DNA of 64,000 bases from Brevinematales bacterium (GTDB lineage: Bacteria > Spirochaetota > Brevinematia > Brevinematales > JAOACQ01), in contig JBBFLL010000002.1 of the NCBI GenBank assembly GCA_037479045.1, forward strand, positions 2,347-66,346, read 5' to 3'. Shown here piece by piece: positions 9,436-17,129 of the stretch. Both the position numbers and the translations under genes were made by a program. The stretch's first letter is position 1, and the number at the start of each line of letters is the position of its first letter. The notes under the pieces were generated by a model. It did not search any database, was not told the DNA's origin, and was given only the letters and a program-made list of their open reading frames with translations.

Positions 9436-10696
9436 CTAACAATAAAAACTTAATGGTTCTGAGAACTGAAACTTGCTAATTTCTTTTAACAACGCGTCTT
9501 CTACAAACTAACAATAAAAACTTAATGGTTCTGAGAACTGAAACGCGTTAGCCCAGTTGTAATAAATATTGTGATTATGCCTAACAATAAAAACTTAATG
9601 GTTCTGAGAACTGAAACTTTAGCAACACTCTCGATCCCTTGCCAATACTGGTACTAACAATAAAAACTTAATGGTTCTGAGAACTGAAACTACTTCAGCC
9701 CTCATCAAGCAACCACTATGATTTAAACTAACAATAAAAACTTAATGGTTCTGAGAACTGAAACATGCGGATTTCTTTCTTTAGTTTTATTAGCACGTTC
9801 TAACAATAAAAACTTAATGGTTCTGAGAACTGAAACTACTTTCCTCCTTTTTTTTATCATATATATATTATACCTAACAATAAAAACTTAATGGTTCTGA
9901 GAACTGAAACCCTGTGCTGTAGTTTTTACCACACTGCCGAATGCCCCTAACAATAAAAACTTAATGGTTCTGAGAACTGAAACTCCTGTAACTCTTTGCT
10001 ACCAATCTTTACACTCGTCTAACAATAAAAACTTAATGGTTCTGAGAACTGAAACCTCACTATCGAAGAGGCCGAGCTGCTTGAAGAACTCTAACAATAA
10101 AAACTTAATGGTTCTGAGAACTGAAACCCTTTTCTGAAAAATTTTCTGTAACTGCTTCCTGCGCTAACAATAAAAACTTAATGGTTCTGAGAACTGAAAC
10201 TATCGGCCGTCGACGTGCACGATTGATGTATATATTCTAACAATAAAAACTTAATGGTTCTGAGAACTGAAACAGTATTTATCAATCTATTAAAAGACAT
10301 ATAATAAGACTAACAATAAAAACTTAATGGTTCTGAGAACTGAAACCAATCGTGCAAGTATCACTGTTCAAAAGTTTTGCCTAACAATAAAAACTTAATG
10401 GTTCTGAGAACTGAAACACATAAATGATATTATTTACTTTCCTAAAATGCCAGCTAACAATAAAAACTTAATGGTTCTGAGAACTGAAACATACAATTAG
10501 CGCTATGTATTTACTCGCATTTGATTTCTAACAATAAAAACTTAATGGTTCTGAGAACTGAAACAAATTCCAAAATTCATACTTACCTCCTTTTTTTCTC
10601 TAACAATAAAAACTTAATGGTTCTGAGAACTGAAACAAAACAAAGCCGAAAACGTATTTTGATTTACTTCGCTAACAATAAAAACTTAATGGTTCT
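9436..10696 (+). CRISPR. CRISPR array 2: 17 full copies plus one 3'-truncated copy of the 37-bp repeat CTAACAATAAAAACTTAATGGTTCTGAGAACTGAAAC, with 17 spacers of 34-37 bp
   Basis: Repeats start at 9436, 9508, 9581, 9654, 9728, 9800, 9874, 9947, 10019, 10091, 10164, 10237, 10310, 10381, 10454, 10528, 10600 and 10672. The last copy keeps only its first 25 nt (10672-10696). The repeat contains the small hairpin GGTTC-TGA-GAACT and ends in ACTGAAAC. Confidence 0.97.
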
Positions 10697-10813
10697 TAAA
10701 TAAAGTTTTCATAAAAAAATATTATTAAAAATTTGATTTTTTTTATATCATATGTAATAATTTAATCAGTTGGATAGAGATTTTTGCGTGTTTTTTATTC
10801 TCTATCGAGCATT

Positions 10814-10860
10814 CTGCCCTTAGAGCAAAAATTAAGGGCAGGAAAACCGTTTTTATTTTT
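10814..10860 (+). terminator. Hairpin CTGCCCTTA-(10 nt)-TAAGGGCAG followed by a T-rich tract; candidate terminator of the CRISPR transcript
   Basis: Perfect 9-bp inverted repeat at 10814-10822 / 10833-10841. The T-run TTTTTATTTTTT starts 8 nt after the stem, which is farther than canonical. Confidence 0.4.
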
Positions 10861-11083
10861 TGAAAATCAAAACATTTCAATCACACTATAGAATGATAAT
10901 TCGTTCTCAGAGGTTTACTAACCTTGGTTCTATTACCCAGTTAATGAAATTTAATTTAATTAATTATAATAAAAAAATTAAAAAAATCAAGTTTATAAGT
11001 TTAAATTTATTGTTAGATAATATTATAAAATCAAAAACTAACAATTAAAAATTAATATTTTTTAATTAACATCATATACCCTT

Positions 11084-11470
11084 TCAAGAAAAAATTTCTT
11101 TCATGTTATCTGAAGATAATAACTGCTGGATATAAGAATAATTTAAATCGCTCGAAAAGAAAATATAAAATTCAGCAGCGTCTTGTTTAGGATAAGTATA
11201 AACTACATTTAAATCTTTTAAGTGATGATCAAGGATATATTTTTTATTAAAGTCAATAAATATCGGGCTGAAAGAACATAAGAATATAATAGTAAAGGGG
11301 TCATATATATCTTTTGATGAATTGGGATTAGAAAAAATTTTTATATCCATAATAAAAGCAAAAGGTTCAAGTGCAGAACTTATTTTTGAGATCATTTCTT
11401 TTGTTAAATTTTCTCTGTATGAGAGATTTTTTTGAATAATGGTGTCTAACGTATCGTTATTTTTCGACAT
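11084..11470 (-). CDS. Hypothetical protein (128 aa), no recognisable motif
   Basis: Strong SD (AAGGAGGAG) lies 7 nt upstream of the ATG on the minus strand. The ORF is the only coding-like frame between array 2 and mfd. Confidence 0.6.
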   Translation of the reverse strand: MSKNNDTLDTIIQKNLSYRENLTKEMISKISSALEPFAFIMDIKIFSNPNSSKDIYDPFTIIFLCSFSPIFIDFNKKYILDHHLKDLNVVYTYPKQDAAEFYIFFSSDLNYSYIQQLLSSDNMKEIFS

Positions 11471-11580
11471 AAAAGACTCCTCCTTTTTTGGATAATAGCC
11501 TTATGTTAAAAAGTCAGCATTCTTATAATACCATCTTATATTTTAAAATTCAATTTTTTTTGATAATTTTTTTTAATATT

Positions 11581-11609
11581 TTGCAAAAGGTTGTTTTTTT
11601 TATTATAAT
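11581..11609 (+). promoter_or_regulatory. Near-consensus promoter TTGCAA-17-TATAAT immediately upstream of mfd
   Basis: TTGCAA 11581-11586, 17-nt spacer, TATAAT 11604-11609. The mfd ATG at 11616 is 7 nt past the -10. Confidence 0.5.
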
Positions 11610-11615
11610 ATTTAA

Positions 11616-14600
11616 ATGCAAAACTTTTTAGACCTTGTGTTTAATTCTTTTGATTCAAAAGAAGTTGTTTCAGATAAAGAAATTTCTGTCCCAATCGGTT
11701 TTTTCCCATTTTTGTTATCCTCTGTGAAAAGCAGTGATTTCAATATTTTTTATGTTGCAAAAAATGAAATTGAAGCAGAGGGAATTTATACATCTCTTAA
11801 AGCCATTGGTGAAGAAAGTTTGTTTTTTCCAGAGGTTGATGTCTTGCCTTTTTCAAATGTTTTTCCTTCTCCTGATAAGCTATTTGACAGGTTTAATACT
11901 CTATACAATATTTCTCATAAAGGTGGAAATATTGTTATAACAACAATGGAAGCCTTTTTGAGAAAAATTCCTCCAGTTGAATTTTTCAAAAAATCTATAA
12001 TTGAGTTAAAAAAGAGTGAGAAATTTGAAAGAGATTATTTGATAAAGAAACTTTCAGAATATGGATATATCAGAGAAAATAAGGTTATTGAGACGGGAAG
12101 TTTTTCTGTAAGGGGAGATATTGTTGATGTTTTTTGTCCAATATATAATAAGCCTTTGAGAATAGAGTTTTTTGGTGATGAGATCGAAAGTATAAAATTT
12201 TTTGAACTTGAGACTCAAAAATCTTCAACTATGGTAGATAATATTATTCTTACTCCAGCAGATGAATTTAATATTGATAAGGAATTTGTCAAGGAAGAGG
12301 ATAAAGTCTATCTTTCAAACACCCTTATTCATTCATATTTTTTGAAATTTTATAATTCTTATTCAAAAATTACAGATTATTCAGTAGCAAAAAATATAAT
12401 TTTTGTTGATGAATTTTATAATGAGCTTGAAGAAAATGTTAAAAAGAAATACGATAATAAAGAAACAAGTCTTATTTTTTCTTTTAAAGATTTTTTTATT
12501 GATTCTCAAATTATAAAAAATACACATATTAAAAAGCCAGATCAGCCTTTTTCAAGTATATATAAACTACCAGAATTCAAGTCGAATTTTTCTCAGGTTA
12601 TTAACTTACTTGAAAGTGAATATCTTAAAAATGGATATAAAGTCTTTATCCTTGTAGAATACAAGGAGCTTGCTGAAAGGCTTTCAAACATATTACACAA
12701 ATTTTCACCTGAAATTATAAGGCCTGATACAGAATTGAAAGAAGATAAAAATGTTTACATAGTTGTTATAAACTATGAAACTGGCTTTGAGATTAAAGAC
12801 AAGAAGATAATACTTATATCCGAAAGTGATATAAGTGGTAAAAAAAGACTTTTCAGGAAGAAAATCAGACAAATTGAGAGCTTTTTTGAAGATGTTGAAG
12901 ATATAAAAGAAGGTGAATACGTTGTCCATATAAATTATGGAATTGGTATTTTCAGAGGTATTGAAAGAATAAATGTTCTCGGTAAGGAAAAGGATTATAT
13001 TCTACTTGAATATAAGGACAAAGAGAAACTTTATGTTCCTTTTGAACAGTCCAATTTGATCGGTAAATACATAGGTGATCCAAATAAAAAGGCAGAACTT
13101 GATTCTTTAGGGACAAAAAGCTGGGTTAAGAAAAGAGAAAGAGTAAAGAAGTCTATCGAAGAATTTGCAGAAAAACTTGTAGCAATCTATGCAAAAAGAA
13201 AGGCTTTGCAGGGGTATGCATTTGGTCCTGATACAGTCTGGCAGAAAGAATTTGAGGATAAATTTGAATACATAGAGACGCCCGATCAGATAAAAGTCAT
13301 AGAAGAAATCAAAAGAGATATGGAATCTTCAAGGCCTATGGAGAGACTGCTTTGTGGAGATGTAGGTTTTGGTAAAACAGAAGTAGCAATGAGAGTTGCC
13401 TTTAAAGCTGTAATGGATGGTAAACAGGTTGCTGTTGTAGCTCCCACAACAGTGCTTGTGGAACAGCATTACATAACTTTTACAGAGAGATTTAAAGGTT
13501 TTCCAGTAAGGATAGCTTATTTATCGAGATTTACTGAAAGCAGTAAAGAAAGAGAAATCTTAACTCAACTTAAAAATCATAAAATAGATATAATAATAGG
13601 AACACACAAGCTTTTTTCTGAAAAGATAGTTTTTCAGAATCTTGGATTGATAATAATCGATGAAGAACATAAGTTTGGAGTTCTTCATAAAGAGGCTTTG
13701 AAAGAAAGATATCCTCTTGTTGATTTTCTTTCTCTTTCGGCTACTCCTATACCAAGAACTTTAAATATGGCATTATCATCTCTCAGGGATATAAGTCTTC
13801 TTCAAACACCACCAGATATGAGAATTCCAGTAGAAACCTATGTGGGGGATTTTTCTCTTGATATTTTGAAGTATGCAATTGAAAATGAGATTAAAAGAGG
13901 TGGGCAGGTATTTTTTGTTCATAATACTATAAAAAGGTTGCCAGAATATGCATATTTGATAGAAAGCCTTGTTCCAGAAGCAAAAACAACAATAGGTCAT
14001 GGCAGAATGGAAGAAGAGGAGCTTGAGAAATCTTTTCTTGGGTTTGTTAAGGGGGATTTCAATGTTTTTGTTTCCACGGCTATAATTGATTCAGGACTTG
14101 ATATTCCAAATGCCAATACGATTATTGTAAGTGATTCTCATAAATTTGGCCTATCACAGCTTTATCAGTTGAAGGGTAGGGTTGGAAGAGGCAAGAATCA
14201 GGGGTATGCTTATTTTCTATATCCAAAAGATAAGATTTTAACTGAAAATGCTGAGAAAAGGCTTTATGTGATACAGGAATATACAGAACTTGGTGCAGGA
14301 TTTAATATTGCGTTAAGGGATCTTGAAATAAGAGGAGCTGGAAATATTCTTGGTAAGGAACAGCATGGAAATATTGTAGCAATAGGTTATGATATGTATA
14401 TGAAATTACTGAGAAAGGAGATTGAAAAACTCAAAGGTGAAGAGAAGCCAGAAATAATTACTATGATAGATTTGAAATACGATGCCTATATTCCAGATTT
14501 TTATATTTCGGATAATTCTTCAAAGATGGAAGTGTATAAAAAAATTCTTTCTGTTAATGATGAAAATGAGATAGAGGAGCTTAAGATAGAATTAATAGAC

Positions 14601-14897
14601 AGGTTTGGGGAAATTCCAGAAGAAGTTTTATCTTTGTTTGAAATTTCAAGGCTTAAGATTCTTGCCTCAAAGGCTGGAATTGAATCAATAATAGAGAAAG
14701 GGGATTTGATAGAGATTGAATTTTCAAAATATTCAAAGGCAGATATTTCAAAAATTATGAAGATTATTACAGAAAATAAAGAAATTATAATTAAACCAAA
14801 TGAAAAGAACAAACTTTTTATGAAAACTTTTGAGAGCAATATTTATATAAAAGTGAGAAGGCTTACATCTTTTATAAAAGATATTACAGATATTTAA
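11616..14897 (+). CDS. mfd: Transcription-repair coupling factor Mfd
   Basis: 1093 aa. CarD/RNAP-interacting region (EGEYVVHINYGIGIF), helicase motifs GDVGFGKTEVAMR and IIDEEHKFGV, and a TRG-like C-terminal region. Confidence 0.95.
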   Translation: MQNFLDLVFNSFDSKEVVSDKEISVPIGFFPFLLSSVKSSDFNIFYVAKNEIEAEGIYTSLKAIGEESLFFPEVDVLPFSNVFPSPDKLFDRFNTLYNISHKGGNIVITTMEAFLRKIPPVEFFKKSIIELKKSEKFERDYLIKKLSEYGYIRENKVIETGSFSVRGDIVDVFCPIYNKPLRIEFFGDEIESIKFFELETQKSSTMVDNIILTPADEFNIDKEFVKEEDKVYLSNTLIHSYFLKFYNSYSKITDYSVAKNIIFVDEFYNELEENVKKKYDNKETSLIFSFKDFFIDSQIIKNTHIKKPDQPFSSIYKLPEFKSNFSQVINLLESEYLKNGYKVFILVEYKELAERLSNILHKFSPEIIRPDTELKEDKNVYIVVINYETGFEIKDKKIILISESDISGKKRLFRKKIRQIESFFEDVEDIKEGEYVVHINYGIGIFRGIERINVLGKEKDYILLEYKDKEKLYVPFEQSNLIGKYIGDPNKKAELDSLGTKSWVKKRERVKKSIEEFAEKLVAIYAKRKALQGYAFGPDTVWQKEFEDKFEYIETPDQIKVIEEIKRDMESSRPMERLLCGDVGFGKTEVAMRVAFKAVMDGKQVAVVAPTTVLVEQHYITFTERFKGFPVRIAYLSRFTESSKEREILTQLKNHKIDIIIGTHKLFSEKIVFQNLGLIIIDEEHKFGVLHKEALKERYPLVDFLSLSATPIPRTLNMALSSLRDISLLQTPPDMRIPVETYVGDFSLDILKYAIENEIKRGGQVFFVHNTIKRLPEYAYLIESLVPEAKTTIGHGRMEEEELEKSFLGFVKGDFNVFVSTAIIDSGLDIPNANTIIVSDSHKFGLSQLYQLKGRVGRGKNQGYAYFLYPKDKILTENAEKRLYVIQEYTELGAGFNIALRDLEIRGAGNILGKEQHGNIVAIGYDMYMKLLRKEIEKLKGEEKPEIITMIDLKYDAYIPDFYISDNSSKMEVYKKILSVNDENEIEELKIELIDRFGEIPEEVLSLFEISRLKILASKAGIESIIEKGDLIEIEFSKYSKADISKIMKIITENKEIIIKPNEKNKLFMKTFESNIYIKVRRLTSFIKDITDI

Positions 14898-15712
14898 TAT
14901 CCCATCAATTTTAATATTAAGTAATAAACTGGCATAGAGTAAATTACACTATCAAACCTATCGAAAAATCCACCATGACCAGGTAGTAATTCACCTGAAT
15001 CTTTTTTATGTGCCCATCTTTTGAAAGTTGATTCAGACAGATCCCCAAGAATCGCTGAAAAAATAACAAATGTTGCAATAATAATAAATTGAGATAAAGA
15101 GAATTTCGGTGAAAAATTAAAAATATTTTGTATAAAGAAAAGAATTATTGTTATTAAATAACCAAAAACAAAGGTTCCAATATACCCCTCAGTGGTTTTA
15201 TTTGGGCTTGATAGAAACGGAATATGATGTTTACCAAAAAACTTACCAAAAACAAATCCACCTGTATCAGACAACCAGGTTATAAGCAATACAATAGAAA
15301 GTATCCAGCCTGATAAATCCATCATTTTGATAAGTATTCCAAATGGGAAAAATATACCAAGAAGAATAAAACTGAAAATAGAAACCCCAACATGTTCAAT
15401 TGAAAAATCAAACTTACCGGATATAGATTCAAGAAGGGTAATTGAAAAAATTATAATTATGAAAAGTAAAAATTGTAGCCACGAAAAATAATTGATGTCA
15501 TAAACTCCAAGACCATAAAAATAAAAATTAAGACAGCTTAATACTATGCCTATGTTATTAATCCATATATAGAAACGAAAACCTTTGTCTTCTACCATAT
15601 TGAAAATTTCAAAATTTATTATGGAAGCAACTATAGTAAGAGCTAAAAATAAGAAAAATCCATTTAAATTACTGAAAAATACTACAAAAATACCAAATGG
15701 AAGAAGAATCAA
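14894..15712 (-). CDS. cdsA: Phosphatidate cytidylyltransferase CdsA
   Basis: The C-terminal signature GDLSESTFKRWAHKKDSGELLPGHGGFFDRFDS is present and the protein is multi-TM. The ORF is open to 15856, but that start would overlap uppS by 116 nt. A TTG at 15712 preceded by AAGGATAAGGA is the more plausible start; the start remains uncertain. Confidence 0.85.
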   Translation of the reverse strand: MILLPFGIFVVFFSNLNGFFLFLALTIVASIINFEIFNMVEDKGFRFYIWINNIGIVLSCLNFYFYGLGVYDINYFSWLQFLLFIIIIFSITLLESISGKFDFSIEHVGVSIFSFILLGIFFPFGILIKMMDLSGWILSIVLLITWLSDTGGFVFGKFFGKHHIPFLSSPNKTTEGYIGTFVFGYLITIILFFIQNIFNFSPKFSLSQFIIIATFVIFSAILGDLSESTFKRWAHKKDSGELLPGHGGFFDRFDSVIYSMPVYYLILKLMGY

Positions 15713-15740
15713 AGTCGTCCTTATCCTTAATATGAAACTC

Positions 15741-16475
15741 TTAAACTTTCCCGAATCTTCTTTCTCTTTCGGTGTAGTTTTTAATGGCTTTAACGAATTC
15801 TTCTGGGGTAAAATCTGGCCAAAATGTTTTTGTGACCCATATTTCCGCATAGGCAACCTTCCAAAGTAAAAAATTACTTATTCTTAATTCTCCACTTGTT
15901 CTTATCAAGAGATCCACATCTGGTATCTCTGGATGATATAGATAAGAACTGAATTTTTGTTCATCTATTTCATCAATATTAATTTTGTTGTTTTTTATAT
16001 CTTGCAGTATTTTCTTTACTCCATCTATTATTTCTTTTCTTCCACCATAGTTAAATACCATATTCAAAGTATAGTTGTCAAAATCTTTTGTTTCTTCTTC
16101 GATTGACCATAAAGATTTTATCAAATCTTCAGGAAGTCTTTCTTTACTTCCGTATATGGTTAATCTTATTTTGTTTTCAAGTAAAGTCTTTCTATATTCT
16201 GTTGCAAGTTTTTTAGCAAGTGAAAAAAGATAGTTTATTTCCTTTTCAGGTCTATTCCAGTTTTCTGTTGAAAAGGCATAAAAGGACAGAGTTTTTATAC
16301 CTATTTCTTTATTAAACTCAACAATATCTTTTAAAACCTGATATCCCTTTTCATGTCCTTTATGCCTTTCAAGTCCTTTTTCTTTAGCCCATCTTCCGTT
16401 GCCATCCATTATAATGCCAACATGTTGTGGAATTTTATCAAGCTCTATTTCTATACCGAAAAATTCTTTCTTCAA
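15741..16475 (-). CDS. uppS: Undecaprenyl (isoprenyl) diphosphate synthase UppS
   Basis: GIIMDGNGRWAKEKG and RTSGELRISNFLLWKVAYAEIW motifs. Confidence 0.95.
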   Translation of the reverse strand: MKKEFFGIEIELDKIPQHVGIIMDGNGRWAKEKGLERHKGHEKGYQVLKDIVEFNKEIGIKTLSFYAFSTENWNRPEKEINYLFSLAKKLATEYRKTLLENKIRLTIYGSKERLPEDLIKSLWSIEEETKDFDNYTLNMVFNYGGRKEIIDGVKKILQDIKNNKINIDEIDEQKFSSYLYHPEIPDVDLLIRTSGELRISNFLLWKVAYAEIWVTKTFWPDFTPEEFVKAIKNYTERERRFGKV

Positions 16476-17038
16476 ATTTCCATTATCTCCTTTTCTTTTT
16501 TGGCTACAAGTTCATCTATAAGTTTTATATGATTGTCAGTAACTTTCTGGATATCATCAAGTTCTTTCTTTTCTTCATCTTCGCTTATGTGACCTTCTTT
16601 GGAGAATTTTTTAACCTTGTCGTTTATATCTCTTCTTTCGTTTCTTATTGCTACTTTTGCTTCTTCTGCCATTTCTTTAAGTTTCTTTACATATTCTTTT
16701 TTTGTTTCTTCTGTGAGTGGTGGAATATTTATTCTTAAAACTTTTCCGTCGTTAACGACTGGGAAGTTAAGACCCGATTCAACTATTCCTTTTTCTATGG
16801 ATTTTATTATTGATTTATCCCATGGATCTATAACAATAGTGTGTGGATCTGGTGTGGAAAGTGATGCAGCCTGTTTAATTGGGCTCATATTTCCGTAATA
16901 ATCAAATCTTATATCTTCAACCATTCCAACGGTTGCCCTTCCTGTTCTTACTTTTTTAAGTTCATCTTTGAAAAAATTGATTGTTTTGTCCATTCTTTCA
17001 TTTGCTTCTTTCTTGAGTTTTATAAATTCCTCTATCAT
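16472..17038 (-). CDS. frr: Ribosome recycling factor
   Basis: 188 aa. The KVRTGRATVGMVEDIRFDYYG motif is present, and the frr-uppS-cdsA gene order is the classic one. Confidence 0.95.
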   Translation of the reverse strand: MIEEFIKLKKEANERMDKTINFFKDELKKVRTGRATVGMVEDIRFDYYGNMSPIKQAASLSTPDPHTIVIDPWDKSIIKSIEKGIVESGLNFPVVNDGKVLRINIPPLTEETKKEYVKKLKEMAEEAKVAIRNERRDINDKVKKFSKEGHISEDEEKKELDDIQKVTDNHIKLIDELVAKKEKEIMEI

Positions 17039-17100
17039 AATCTCCTCCTATTTTTATTTTAATTTAATTTTTAAATAAAATCAATTTTATTCGTTTGTTT

Positions 17101-17129
17101 AATAAAAAAGGAGGGGCTAACCCCTCCTT
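17101..17129 (-). terminator. Intrinsic (bidirectional) terminator after leuA
   Basis: AAGGAGGGG-CTAA-CCCCTCCTT stem-loop (17108-17129), flanked by A-run and T-run. It starts on the base after the leuA stop. Confidence 0.8.

Noticed and set aside
9436-10708. Alternative reading: array 2 transcribed from the minus strand, with 10700-11083 as its leader and convergent with array 1
   Set aside because: The copy next to that putative leader is the truncated one, while the far copy (9436) is intact. This is the opposite of the usual pattern. The + orientation also gives a canonical ...CTGAAAC 3' tag nearly identical to that of array 1. This is not fully excluded without RNA data.
10521-11048. Track ORFs 10521..10703 (NNKNLMVLRTE repeats) and 10860..11048
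   Set aside because: The first is a translation of array 2 repeats. The second is a low-complexity K/I/N-rich frame in AT-rich non-coding DNA with no RBS.
10895-11060. Possible tracrRNA-like anti-repeat downstream of array 2
   Set aside because: Complementarity to the repeat is limited to separate 9-nt (10903-10911) and 11-nt (11006-11016) patches ~95 nt apart, not a contiguous >20-nt anti-repeat. No cas9 or cas12 gene is in the window. Spacer length (34-37 bp) and the GAAAC tag fit Cas6-type class 1 arrays better. I interpret these patches as repeat relics.
14894-15856. Full-length 320-aa cdsA ORF starting at 15856, and cas1 starting at 4068
   Set aside because: Both long starts overlap the preceding gene substantially (116 nt into uppS; 40 nt into cas4) and add non-homologous N-termini. 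Internal starts with RBS or positional support (TTG 15712; ATG 4119) were preferred.
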